From Gammaproteobacteria bacterium (lineage in GTDB: Bacteria; Pseudomonadota; Gammaproteobacteria; Eutrophobiales; Eutrophobiaceae): a stretch of DNA of 64,000 bases. The notes below the pieces were generated by a model. It worked only from the letters and a program-made list of their open reading frames with translations, was not told the origin of the DNA and made no database searches. Positions 1 through 9,921 of the stretch are shown piece by piece (position 1 is the stretch's first letter; each line of letters opens with the position of its first letter). The stretch is from assembly GCA_965222155.1 (NCBI GenBank), contig CBDCTH010000012.1:160001-224000 (forward strand). The letters are read 5' to 3'. The position numbers and the translations under genes were made by a program.

Positions 1-1412
1 AATGGGGAGCCATGGCCGGTGGATTCCGCCGCACAATCGCGATTGATGACCAGCAGGCGTCCATGCCAGGCGGCCGTATCAAGGATAAATTTTTTCGCTT
101 CCACGTCATTACCGGTAAACACCGAACCGACCAGGCTGCCCCTGCCTTTTTTTGCCAGCAGGATAGCCTCGCCGATATCCCGGTAGGGCATGATCGTACT
201 GACCGGGCCGAATGCTTCGACTGCATGGGGTTCGGCGGCAGTCAGGGGCTGGTCGCAATACAGCAGGGTAGAGGGGAAGAACGCGCCTTTATCTTTGTCT
301 CCTCCCCGGATTTCGAACTCCCTGGCGCCACCGTAGAGGATTTCACAGGAACTGGCCAACCGGTTCACGTTTTCCCATACGTCCCGCATCTGGGCGCGCC
401 CGACCAGGGGACCCATTTTAACGCCATCAATGGACGGGTCGCCGAGGGGGAACCTGTCCAGCCTTTGCTTCAGGGCGGCGACAACAGCCTCAACCCTGCC
501 TGCGGGTACGATGGCCCGCCTGATAGCGGTGCATTTCTGGCCTGCCTTGACCGTCATCTCTTTCGCTACTTCCTTGATGAACAGTTCAAACTCGACGGAA
601 TCCGGTTCAACCGTCTCTCCCAGTAGTGATAAATTCAGGGAATCCGCCTCCATGTTGAACGGGATGGAATTGGCAATCACGTTGGGGTGGGATTTCAGTT
701 TCCTTCCGGTGGCGGCCGACCCGGTGAAGGTGACGACGTCCTGTTCCATCAGGTGCTCGAACAGGTCTCCGGTGCCGCCGCAGAGCAACTGGAACGCGCC
801 TTCCGGCAGGAGCCCGGATTGCACGATTTCCCTGGCCATTTTCTCGGTCAGGTACGAGGAAACGGTGGCCGGTTTAACCAGCACCGGCATCCCTGCGCAC
901 AAGCTGGGTGCGATCTTCTCCAGCATGCCCCAGCAGGGAAAATTAAAGGCATTGATATGAACGGCCACGCCTTCCCTGGGGACCAGTATATGGCGGCCGG
1001 TAAATGTCCCCTGTTTCGACAGGCGTTCCTGCTCGCCTTCCAGCAGGAACGTCTCATTGGGAAATTCACGCCGGACCAGGCTGCTGTAACTGAACAGCGT
1101 GCCGATACCGCCTTCTATATCAATCCAGCTATCTGCCCGGGTCGCCCCGGTCCAGCCTGATACCTGATAAAACTCGTCCTTATGCTCCAGCAGGTGTTGC
1201 GCCAGCGCTTTCAGGCGCAAGGCACGCTCGTGCAACGTCATCCTGCGTAACGCAGGACCGCCGACTTCCCTGGCATGACGCAGTGCCTCTTTGAAATCCA
1301 CCCCGTCACTGGAGACGTTCCCTATGAAATTGCCGTTGACGGCATTGACAACCTCTACGCCGTTACCTCGGCCGCTGATCCACTCACCGTTTACATAGCT
1401 TTGTATATTCAT
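1..1412 (-). CDS. paaZ: Phenylacetate degradation bifunctional aldehyde dehydrogenase/ring-opening enzyme PaaZ (5' part; runs off the left edge)
   Basis: Missing from the ORF track because it is open at the edge. Manual minus-strand translation from ATG 1412 (RBS GAGGA upstream) gives MNIQSYVNGEWISGRGNGVEVVNAVNG...GGPALRRMTLHERALRLKALAQHL..., later AVHINAFNFPCWGMLEKIAP, typical of the PaaZ ALDH domain. Confidence 0.9.
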   Translation of the reverse strand, partial: MNIQSYVNGEWISGRGNGVEVVNAVNGNFIGNVSSDGVDFKEALRHAREVGGPALRRMTLHERALRLKALAQHLLEHKDEFYQVSGWTGATRADSWIDIEGGIGTLFSYSSLVRREFPNETFLLEGEQERLSKQGTFTGRHILVPREGVAVHINAFNFPCWGMLEKIAPSLCAGMPVLVKPATVSSYLTEKMAREIVQSGLLPEGAFQLLCGGTGDLFEHLMEQDVVTFTGSAATGRKLKSHPNVIANSIPFNMEADSLNLSLLGETVEPDSVEFELFIKEVAKEMTVKAGQKCTAIRRAIVPAGRVEAVVAALKQRLDRFPLGDPSIDGVKMGPLVGRAQMRDVWENVNRLASSCEILYGGAREFEIRGGDKDKGAFFPSTLLYCDQPLTAAEPHAVEAFGPVSTIMPYRDIGEAILLAKKGRGSLVGSVFTGNDVEAKKFILDTAAWHGRLLVINRDCAAESTGHGSP

Positions 1413-1838
1413 GTCAATTCCTCACTGTTCAGATTATGCTGTTCCACCGGATTCCAGTGTCCTGTCTCACAAATAACAGGGAATAATTATATCCTCAATT
1501 TCGATTCAGCTCACTTCAGACGTCGGTGGGATGTTGTTGCGTGAATTGAACCAACAGCTTGACTTACTGCGTCAGGTTGCATGATGTTTCGTTGATTATC
1601 GATACCTGGGGAGGGTGGAACACTTGGTGACAGCGTGGGTAGCGCAACGCATCCGGCGGGACCGGCTGCGCGTCGGTTTCGTGAGTGTCGTTATCGTACC
1701 CGGCAGACATGGCGTTGCACTCGGCGGGTGGCAGGCAAGGCAGATCACCTGGAACGGCGCCAACCCGCGTTCCGTGGCGACCAACCTGGACCTGGCGACC
1801 GTCGGCGCACAATCCTTGTATATAGAATTTCCTGTCCC

Positions 1839-2258
1839 TTATTGATCACAATTCGAACCTGGTTGTTGACAACAAGCCCACCAGCGAGGATAATCATTAT
1901 ACTCATCACCCTGCTTCGAAATCAGCCTGTTGTTTGTTCTTTTTTGTCCGGGTTGGAGCGTAAATATATCGTCTGAGCTGCCGTCAATAACAACTCTTAC
2001 CCTCACCGCTTGAGGACAGTTATTCGTGGCTACATAACCCCCGGAACCAGGAGAGCAATCGGTCGTTTTGGGATGAGCGCAACGCTGGGCAAAGCCTATC
2101 CCTGGAAACCAAAGTTCATAACAAGACGGTGGTTCCCTGAATTGCTTGCGAATGCAATCAGCTGAACTCGTCCCTGCAAAAACCAGGGTAGCCAGGAAAG
2201 CCATGGAAAGAATAAAAGCTTTTTTGTACACACGTTCCGGTAAATAACGAGTCATCAT
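1839..2258 (-). CDS. Secreted cysteine-rich small protein, tendamistat-like scaffold (paralog 1)
   Basis: Signal peptide ending ..GTSSA, 8 Cys in the mature part, strong RBS (AAGGAGG). Clear paralog of 10748..11182 (shared EPPxCY, CAHP, ATNxC, VRVV, IFTLxPG, RWWACC). Confidence 0.85.
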   Translation of the reverse strand: MMTRYLPERVYKKAFILSMAFLATLVFAGTSSADCIRKQFREPPSCYELWFPGIGFAQRCAHPKTTDCSPGSGGYVATNNCPQAVRVRVVIDGSSDDIFTLQPGQKRTNNRLISKQGDEYNDYPRWWACCQQPGSNCDQ

Positions 2259-2372
2259 TTTCCCTCCTTTGTTACTTCATATACCTGTTACTTTATAGTA
2301 CTCATTATTAAGAGGATTTTCTTCAAAAGTCAAACTGTTTGTCAGGAACTGTTGACCCCAAATATCCCATAA

Positions 2373-2397
2373 GAGGACGGATTTGAAATCCGTCCCC
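2373..2397. repeat. REP-like palindrome G(A/G)GGACGGATTTGAAATCCGTCCCC
   Basis: Near-identical copy at 55806..55830; related copies at 13749, 21515, 29217, 29267 and ~39156. Confidence 0.8.
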
Positions 2398-2747
2398 GGA
2401 GAGTCACGCGCCTTACCAGGCAGACCTCGGGAACGTCGTTAATCCAGGGTAACTGGCTATTAATGAAAAGTCCTCTAAAAAAAACTACCGTTGTTTTCAC
2501 ATGAAAAATTTTCTATTGATTCGGTCGGCTGCTTTCCTGAACTTCATTACCGGGTTTGAAAGTATGATTTACGTGGACAAAACTTTGAAGGCAGTGAAAC
2601 TTAATTTATCCGAGGATCATACATCAAAGTCAGGAATGGAAAAATATCGGAGTCTTGATTGATCAGGCGTTTCCAGCCCGTCAGGGCACTAAACCGTCAA
2701 AGTCGGGAAAAAGGTAGGAAAAAAGGTATTGAACCAGGACAAAAAAT

Positions 2748-2778
2748 TTGACAGTGTCAATGCACCTTAATCTATAAT
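2748..2778 (+). promoter_or_regulatory. Putative sigma70 promoter TTGACA-N19-TATAAT with the palindrome TTGACA-G-TGTCAA over the -35 box
   Basis: Both hexamers are consensus, with a long 19-nt spacer; lies upstream of the RTX/FG-GAP gene. Confidence 0.5.
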
Positions 2779-2981
2779 CAGTCTAATGAGAATAAGCTAT
2801 CCCGCTCAAGCAATGGAGACAATCAGCATGAGCCCGACCTTGGCAAACGGGAAGGGGCTGTCTGTACCAGGTTCTTCTGACCGGTTTAACGGTGCCAGGC
2901 GGGTGATGCCGGCCTGCCGTATCCTGTCGCTGGTCCCGGTCTTCACGCTCGGCAGGCTGCCGGCGGAAGCCAATAATTCTA

Positions 2982-3001
2982 CCCCCCCCCCCCCCCCCCC
3001 C
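2982..3001. repeat. Poly-C homopolymer (20 nt)
   Basis: Seen directly; lies between the putative promoter and the RTX gene start. Confidence 0.9.
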
Positions 3002-3216
3002 AAATCAAGCTTTTTCAGCAGGTTAGAACACGCCGTCGGCATCATGCGCTGGTCTGTAACAGCGCATTTCAGCACCCATTCGCTGCTTTATAGAGGAGTC
3101 CACCAGTACGGTGGGGCGTACCTCAGCTTTCACATGACTTCCCCCTGTCAACCCAAAACATACAGGGTTTCTTTGTCCCTTGAGACCTGTAGTCTGATAA
3201 CAACGAGGAGAGCAGC

Positions 3217-6200
3217 ATGACTAGTCTAAAAGAAGACTCCCGCAGTATCACCACCCAGAATCTTGATGGCGCCTCCACCGACAGTAACCCCGGGGATACC
3301 GTCTACAGCTATGACCCCAACGCGGCCGGCGACCCGCACTTCACCGAGCGCACCGGCATTGCCAATCCTTTAGATGGCATTGATGCAGGTTATTATAACT
3401 GGCCAACCTTTGCCGACCTGGACGATGACGGCGACCTGGACCTGGTCGTGAATGCGTCCTACTACTACGAGAACACGGGCACCGGCAATCAGCCAGACTT
3501 CACAGAACGTACCGGCGATGACAATCCTCTGGATGACGTCAGGTGGTCGTCAAGTGGTCCTCCTTCTTTTGCTGACCTGGACAACGATGGCGACCTGGAC
3601 CTGGTCGTGGGTGAAGATGATGGCGCCCTGTACTACTACGAGAACACCGGCAGCCGCAGTCAGCCGGGCTTCACCGCGCGCACTGGCACTGCCAATCCCC
3701 TGGCTGGTATCGATGGGGGTGATGACAGTACCCCAACCTTTGCCGACCTGGACGATGACGGCGACCTGGACCTGGTCGTGGGTGAGGTGGACGGCGCCCT
3801 GCACTACTATGAGAATACAGGCAGCCGCAGTCAGCCGGACTTCACCGGGCACGCCGGTGCCGCCAATCCTTTGGAGGGCATCTATTTGGGTTATCCTAAT
3901 GAGGGTGCTGCGCGCTATTATCATAATAGCACGCCAACCTTTACCGACCTGGATGATGACGGTGACCTGGACCTGGTCGTGGGTGATAATCACGGTACCC
4001 TGCATTACTACGAAAACACAGGGACACGCAGCCAGCCGAGCTTCATAGAGCGCAACGGCGCCGCCAATCCATTGGATGGTCTTGATGTGGATGAGGGCGG
4101 AGTGTTGGTTTGGGTGGTTCCCGACGATAACAGCGCGCCAACCTTTGCCGACCTGGACGGCGACGGTGACCCGGACCTGGTCGTGGGTGAGCCGGGCGGC
4201 ACCCTGCACTACTATGAGAATACGGGGACACGCAATTATCTGAACCTTATAGCAGATGACTTTGCCAATCCAATGGGTGGTGTCGATGTGGGTTATTTCA
4301 GCGCACCAGCGCTTGCCGACCTGGACGACGACGGTGACCTGGACCTGGTCGTGGGTGATGTCGACGGCGCCCTGCACTACTATGAGAACACGGGCACCCG
4401 CAGTCAGCCAACCTTCACCGAGCGCCCCGTCACCGCCAATCCCCTGGCGGACGTCGCTGTGAATACTGCTGAAGACTATATTGCCGTGCCGAGCTTTGTT
4501 GACCTGGACGACGACGGCGACCTGGACCTGGTCGTGACTGAGAGGGATGGCACCCTGAATTACTTCGAGAATACCGGCACACCCAGTCAGCCAGACTTCA
4601 CGGAGCGCACCGGTGTCGACAGTCATTTTAATGGCATTGAGCCGCATAGGAGTAAATTTCCTGTCTTTGCCGATTTGGATGGCGACGGTGACCCCGACCT
4701 GCTCTTCAGTGCCGGGAAAGGGTACTCAGCAGAGGTAACCTACTACGAGAACACCGGTACACCCAGTCAGCCGAACTTCATAAGCCGCGGTGACAGCTGG
4801 GATGCCAATATCGGTAGCCTGTGGCTGTTGGATGAGGATTTTTTTGCCTTCGCTGACTTGGACGGCGATGGTGACCTGGACATAGCCGCCCGCTCTAATC
4901 GCTACTACGAGAACATCGGCACCCACAGTCAGCCGGACTTTAGAGGTCGGAATTCGAAGTCTGATTATCCCAATAATCCCTTGTACCTTCTTTCTATGAA
5001 TGATGATGAACCACTAATTTTTGGTGACCTGGACGACGACGGTGACCTGGACCTGGTCAGGGGTAATAATGATGGCACTATCCACTACTTCGAGAACACC
5101 GGTACTCCCAATCAGGCAACCTTCGTAAAACGCATCGGTGGCTCCCATCCCTTCGATGGTCCCCCCTTAGCGGGCGTCGAGATAGGGCTTTTGTATATAG
5201 AAAATCTAGAAGGTAGTAATCCTGATGAGAAATACAAGCTAAATCCTGCATCTCGTCAGATGCAGCCCAAGCCAGCCTTTGCCGACCTGGATAATGACGG
5301 CGACTTAGACCTGGCCTTGGGTGAGGAATACGGCACCCTGTACTACTACGAGAACACGGGCACACCCAGTCAACCAGACTTCATAAGGCGCGTCGATGGT
5401 GGCAATCCTTTGGTGGACATTGATGTGGATAGTTTCGATAGTGCTCCTGCCTTTGCCGACCTGGACGATGACGGCGACCTGGACCTGGTCGTGGGTGATT
5501 GGAATGGCAATAGACTACACTACTACAAGAACATCGGCACACCCAGTCAGCCGAACTTTGCAGAGACCACCGGCACTGGCAATCCCTTGGGTGGCGTCGA
5601 GGCGTATTGGCTCAGCACCCCGACCTTTGCCGACCTGGACAGCGACGGTGACCTGGACCTGGTTGTGGGTGAGGGGCACGGCAGGTTGTTCTACTACGAG
5701 AACACCGGCAGCCGCAGTCAGCCGGTCTTCACAGAGCGCGGCGGTGGTGCTGATCCGTTGTCTGATATTGAGGTGAGTGCGGACAGTACCCCAACCTTTG
5801 CCGACCTGGACAGCGACGGCGACCTGGACCTGGTCGTGGGTGAGAGGGACGGCTACCTGAATTACTTCGAGAACATCGGCAGCCGCAGTCAGCCGGACTT
5901 CGCAGGCCATATGCATAGCAGTGCTGTCAATCCCTTGGAGGGTATCGATGTGGGTCACTACAGCGCCCCAACCTTTGCCGACTTGGACAACGATGGCGAC
6001 CTGGACCTGGTCGTGGGTGAGTGGTACGGCCATTTGTACCACTTTGAGAACACCGGCAGCCGCACCGACGCGAGTTTCACCCCATTACGGCTAAGCCAAT
6101 CGGTCGCATTGACATTGCACGACACAGGTGGCAGTGACACGCTCGACCTGCGCACGGATACGGCTGACCAGCGAGTCGACTTGCGTCCTGAAGGCATCTC

Positions 6201-7581
6201 GGACGTCTACGGTCTGGTCGGCAGTCTGGTCATCGCCCGGGGGACGGTGATTGAACACTTCATCGCCGGGTCTGGCAATGACACAATCATCGGCAATGCG
6301 GCCGCGAATCACTTACAGGGACGCTCTGGTAATGACAGTCTTTGGGGCAGTAGTGGTGATGATGTACTGGAGGGAGACGCTGGCGCTGATCGGTTGGAGG
6401 GCGGCGCTGGTGTTGACCAGCTGTCTGGTGGTGCCGGTGTGGACACGGTGTCCTATCAGGGGTCGGATGCCGGGGTGACGGTGAAGTTACGGGAGGGTAC
6501 CGGCGAGCGAGGCCATGCCGAGGGAGATGTGATTGCTGGGGTGGAGAACGTGATTGGGTCTGATTACCGGGACGTACTGGGCGGTGATAGCGGCGCCAAC
6601 CACCTGGTTGGGGGTGCTGGCAACGATGGACTGTGGGGCAGCGGTGGTGATGACGTACTGGAGGGTGGCGCTGGCGCTGACCGGCTGGAAGGTGGCGCCG
6701 GTGTGGACACCGTGTCCTATCAGGGGTCGGATGCCGGGGTGGCGGTGAAGTTGCGGGAGGGTACCGGAAAAAGAGGCCATGCCGAGGGGGATGTGATCGC
6801 TGAGGTGGAGAACGTGATCGGCAGTGATTATAACGATACCCTGGTCGGCGACAGCCTTGACAACCTGCTCACCGGCAACGCCGGCAATGATCTCCTCTGG
6901 GGCAGCGCCGGCAATGACATATTAATCGGTGGGCCAGGCGCGGACCGCCTGGTTGGCAGCAGCGGGCATGACACGGCTTCCTATACACATTCCCCCACCG
7001 GTGTCACGGTGCGCCTGCACAGCCTCTCGGCCACGGGCGGCGATGCGACCGGTGATACCTTCCCTTACCGGGTTGACGTCGCCTGGACCGATAGTGACGG
7101 TGTTGAGCAGACCGAATCCCTGCCCGATGTCGAGCACCTGAGCGGCTCTGCCCACGACGACGTGCTGGCCGGGGACCGCCGGGATAACGTCATCGACGGT
7201 GGCGCCGGCCACGACACCCTGTACGGCGGCCCGGGTGGCGGCGATGACCGGCTGGACGGTGGGCCGGGCGACGACCGGCTCTACGGCGGGCAGGGGAGGG
7301 ACCGCCTCGCCGGCGCTGCGGGAGACGACCGGTTGGTGGGTGGCCCGGGCGCCGACGTGTTCGTGGTGGCCCCCGGGGAGGGGCAGGACACCGTGACGGA
7401 CTTCACCGACGGCGAAGACCGCATTGACCTGACGGCCTTCGGGCTGGCGGGCATTGATGACCTCACCGTCGCGACCACAACAGACGGTGTGGCGCTTGAC
7501 CTCACCGACAGTGGCGGTGGCACGATCCTGCTGGCGGACTTTGCTATGGCCAGCCTGGATGCGACGGACTTTATTGTTTGA
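3217..7581 (+). CDS. Large secreted FG-GAP/VCBS-repeat protein with a serralysin-type C-terminal beta-roll and RTX Ca-binding repeats
   Basis: 15 DLDxDGDxD..YYENTG repeats, then ALTLHDTGGSDTLDL..GTVIEHFIAGSGND (Peptidase_M10_C-like), GGxGxD nonapeptides and a type I secretion-like C-terminus (DTVTDFTDGEDRIDL..DFIV). RBS GAGGAG upstream. Confidence 0.9.
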   Translation: MTSLKEDSRSITTQNLDGASTDSNPGDTVYSYDPNAAGDPHFTERTGIANPLDGIDAGYYNWPTFADLDDDGDLDLVVNASYYYENTGTGNQPDFTERTGDDNPLDDVRWSSSGPPSFADLDNDGDLDLVVGEDDGALYYYENTGSRSQPGFTARTGTANPLAGIDGGDDSTPTFADLDDDGDLDLVVGEVDGALHYYENTGSRSQPDFTGHAGAANPLEGIYLGYPNEGAARYYHNSTPTFTDLDDDGDLDLVVGDNHGTLHYYENTGTRSQPSFIERNGAANPLDGLDVDEGGVLVWVVPDDNSAPTFADLDGDGDPDLVVGEPGGTLHYYENTGTRNYLNLIADDFANPMGGVDVGYFSAPALADLDDDGDLDLVVGDVDGALHYYENTGTRSQPTFTERPVTANPLADVAVNTAEDYIAVPSFVDLDDDGDLDLVVTERDGTLNYFENTGTPSQPDFTERTGVDSHFNGIEPHRSKFPVFADLDGDGDPDLLFSAGKGYSAEVTYYENTGTPSQPNFISRGDSWDANIGSLWLLDEDFFAFADLDGDGDLDIAARSNRYYENIGTHSQPDFRGRNSKSDYPNNPLYLLSMNDDEPLIFGDLDDDGDLDLVRGNNDGTIHYFENTGTPNQATFVKRIGGSHPFDGPPLAGVEIGLLYIENLEGSNPDEKYKLNPASRQMQPKPAFADLDNDGDLDLALGEEYGTLYYYENTGTPSQPDFIRRVDGGNPLVDIDVDSFDSAPAFADLDDDGDLDLVVGDWNGNRLHYYKNIGTPSQPNFAETTGTGNPLGGVEAYWLSTPTFADLDSDGDLDLVVGEGHGRLFYYENTGSRSQPVFTERGGGADPLSDIEVSADSTPTFADLDSDGDLDLVVGERDGYLNYFENIGSRSQPDFAGHMHSSAVNPLEGIDVGHYSAPTFADLDNDGDLDLVVGEWYGHLYHFENTGSRTDASFTPLRLSQSVALTLHDTGGSDTLDLRTDTADQRVDLRPEGISDVYGLVGSLVIARGTVIEHFIAGSGNDTIIGNAAANHLQGRSGNDSLWGSSGDDVLEGDAGADRLEGGAGVDQLSGGAGVDTVSYQGSDAGVTVKLREGTGERGHAEGDVIAGVENVIGSDYRDVLGGDSGANHLVGGAGNDGLWGSGGDDVLEGGAGADRLEGGAGVDTVSYQGSDAGVAVKLREGTGKRGHAEGDVIAEVENVIGSDYNDTLVGDSLDNLLTGNAGNDLLWGSAGNDILIGGPGADRLVGSSGHDTASYTHSPTGVTVRLHSLSATGGDATGDTFPYRVDVAWTDSDGVEQTESLPDVEHLSGSAHDDVLAGDRRDNVIDGGAGHDTLYGGPGGGDDRLDGGPGDDRLYGGQGRDRLAGAAGDDRLVGGPGADVFVVAPGEGQDTVTDFTDGEDRIDLTAFGLAGIDDLTVATTTDGVALDLTDSGGGTILLADFAMASLDATDFIV

Positions 7582-7739
7582 TGGGATTTCGGTCCTTGGC
7601 TACACCATGCCGGAGTTCGCCCTGAAACAACAGCGTCTTCAGGGCAGGTTCTGAATTAGCGACACCAGATGTGATCAGGACAGATGCCGGATACTCGAAT
7701 TTATAGGGGCAGGAAGGCCATTTTTAAAGAAACAGGTAG

Positions 7740-8093
7740 ATGTACAGGTTCATTATTTTGATCATGTTTACAGCACTACTATTCGGGTGTGTATCAAGGA
7801 CTACTGTCGATGAAGCGGGGCGGGTCGTAGTACACAACTTTGGCTACGTCAGGATAATCAAGCCCCCTGTTTATCCGGCCGGTAAGACAATCAACGTAAC
7901 AGGGGCCAGGTTACTGGGTTTCAGCATCGGCGATGGCTTCACTATCGGCTACAAAGCGAATGAATACATACGCTTACCTTCCGATTGTCGGGTTCTCATA
8001 GTGGTAGAAGACGAACAGCAGTTGGATCATTTGTTTAACGAAATGTCGATAATTGCAGGAGAGGAAATATGCGCAGCAGTGTCACCAAAATAA
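7740..8093 (+). CDS. Hypothetical lipoprotein
   Basis: Lipobox LLFGC after a hydrophobic signal; lower GC than the flanking DNA. Confidence 0.7.
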   Translation: MYRFIILIMFTALLFGCVSRTTVDEAGRVVVHNFGYVRIIKPPVYPAGKTINVTGARLLGFSIGDGFTIGYKANEYIRLPSDCRVLIVVEDEQQLDHLFNEMSIIAGEEICAAVSPK

Positions 8094-8112
8094 CTCATTG
8101 AGACAGGCGTAG

Positions 8113-8865
8113 TTGTTATTGGCCGGGTGTGCAAGTACCCCAGAACATACCAACACGCTGTTGTTCGGCACAACCACAAAAGTTGCACTGGATGTTTCAA
8201 GCAGCCCGGTGGCGGGTGGAACGCCAAGTTTTACGTTGGGCTACAAAAGGCATGAGGGAGTTTTACTTCCGCTTCTTGCGAATAAAGAGACTAAGGAGGA
8301 ATCTGAACCCGCGGGCTGTACCGATGGTGGGAATGCTAGCTCTACTGATACTGGTTGTCTATTTATAGGCACAAGAGGTAAGGATACCTATTCTGTTCTG
8401 GCGAGTTTCGGTCTTAGATTTGGAAGTGGCTCCAAAACATCGAAGGGCGAATTAGCACAGTTTTTTGCAACAGGCATGGCCGCACAGAAATTAGCTGAAA
8501 AAGGCGGTGCACAGTTAGTCTCATCGACAGCGGATTTGCCAGATATAGATGCAAAGCCGCCCTCTGCAAAGGAAGCCCAAAAAGCCTATGAAATTATTAG
8601 TGAGTGTGTTTTTCCTAAAAACGGAGAGTCCGAGGAGAAAAAATTCATTGAGGAAAACTGGATAAAGATTGTGGTTCATTCATCTGTAGAAAATATACAG
8701 CTTCATATAGGAGTTACACTTAAAGATAACAAAAAAAAGGAAGATAGCTTAAGGGATTGGCTTAGTACTTTGAGGGCTGCAGAAGATACCGATATTATCA
8801 AGTTAGCTATCTCGGCAGAGATGGTATGCAATTCACAACAATCAACGGAGGCTAAAAATGACTAA
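8113..8865 (+). CDS. Hypothetical lipoprotein (signal peptide appears disrupted at the 5' end)
   Basis: Lipobox LLAGC sits right at the ORF start and is preceded by an in-frame TAG. The RBS plus ATG at 8069 is out of frame. Confidence 0.6.
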   Translation: MLLAGCASTPEHTNTLLFGTTTKVALDVSSSPVAGGTPSFTLGYKRHEGVLLPLLANKETKEESEPAGCTDGGNASSTDTGCLFIGTRGKDTYSVLASFGLRFGSGSKTSKGELAQFFATGMAAQKLAEKGGAQLVSSTADLPDIDAKPPSAKEAQKAYEIISECVFPKNGESEEKKFIEENWIKIVVHSSVENIQLHIGVTLKDNKKKEDSLRDWLSTLRAAEDTDIIKLAISAEMVCNSQQSTEAKND

Positions 8866-9064
8866 TATTACTGTACATGTTTTTGACGAAGAGTCACAAG
8901 CTAAAGATAAGGAGACAACGTTGAAAGGACAAAATTACACCCTGGTTTGTGGGACTCCAAAGCAGGTCAATTTCGCATTCACGAAAAATGCAACAAACTG
9001 CACAGACACAAACTCGTATAATTTCAGCTGCCATTCGGTATGGGTTGTAATCGCGGAGAAATAA
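8858..9064 (+). CDS. Small hypothetical protein
   Basis: RBS GGAGG; overlaps the stop of the previous gene (operon-like); 68 aa with 3 Cys. Confidence 0.55.
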   Translation: MTNITVHVFDEESQAKDKETTLKGQNYTLVCGTPKQVNFAFTKNATNCTDTNSYNFSCHSVWVVIAEK

Positions 9065-9289
9065 ATCATAACAATTGCATCAACTCGTACTGGCCAAAGC
9101 TGTGCTGTTTCGCGTTGTAGCTTTGAACAATGAGTAGTAGTCAAAGCCGGTGCATAGTCAGATGGCCTGTTTGTGGTGTTGTGGAATTCCCAGGGCAGTG
9201 ACGAAAGGCTCATTCGCAAACCGGTAGGTGCCCTTCAATACTCTTCTCGAAAGTTCCTGCTACAGGCAGATGGGGGTTGTTTTTCCGCC

Positions 9290-9570
9290 TCTCTTTCATG
9301 CCAGTCAGCGGAGTACCTCGGAGCCGTGTTCGCCAGCTTTCGGCAAATCCTGCCGCAGTCCGGGTCGCTGCCCTTGCAGTTCCAATGGAATGGCCGGCAA
9401 CCGGGTTTTTTCGCCGTTCGAAGGGGTGATGTCCAATAGCCCTGAGGATTGCATCAGATACGGATCAGTGAACAGGTCCTCTGGTGTCACGATGGGGGCA
9501 AAAGGCAGGCCGGTATGTTCAAGCCAGGCTATTAACTCCTCTTTGCTGTAGGATTTAAATAGCGGTTTGA
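9290..9570 (-). pseudogene. 3' fragment of a CaiB/BaiF family III CoA-transferase
   Basis: Translation SKEELIAWLEHTGLPFAPIVTPEDLFTDPYL...LPKAGEHGSEVLR matches the family's C-terminal pattern; the 5' part is absent. Confidence 0.65.
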
Positions 9571-9606
9571 ATCAGATCGTGCATGATGGCGCTATCCAAA
9601 CATCAT

Positions 9607-9725
9607 TAGAACCTATCCCAAAATTGTCTGAGCAGGATACCGATGGATACGAACTGGATGAATCCGAGAAAATTCTATGCGTAGTACTCCCATCGAGTGA
9701 GAAGACGACGCTGCCGCTTCATCCA
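9607..9725. mobile_element. Possible IS5/IS4-type terminal remnant
   Basis: End-like TAGAACCTATCCCAAAA followed by a sequence resembling IS termini; no transposase. Confidence 0.3.
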
Positions 9726-9921
9726 GTGTGGCTGCTAACCTGTTGTCCGGAACAGGTGAAATGATCTCGGTGCAACTGTCAACCTTTGGGGTCCAATCGG
9801 GAAACAATTTGTCAAATGTATTCATTGGTTAGACCTACTTCTAATCGACTGCGATACTATCATCATTTGGACTTGGACCGGCGCAGCATCGAGTCATTGG
9901 ACAAGAGGCCTATGGCTGAAT

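Noticed and set aside
12-1160. Plus-strand ORFs of 157-204 aa
   Set aside because: They are antisense shadows of paaZ, which is encoded on the minus strand.
1615-1845. GC-rich stretch translating to ..GANPRSVATNLDLATVG, like a degenerate FG-GAP repeat
   Set aside because: Too short and degenerate to support a call.
2786-3220. 144-aa ORF with polyproline upstream of the RTX gene, considered as the missing protease domain
   Set aside because: No zinc-binding motif is visible, and the polyproline merely reflects the C20 tract.
3400-6060. Regularly spaced near-identical DNA repeats with variable intervening sequence (CRISPR- or DGR-like)
   Set aside because: They are coding FG-GAP repeats in one ORF; I saw no reverse transcriptase or adenine-specific template/variable pair.
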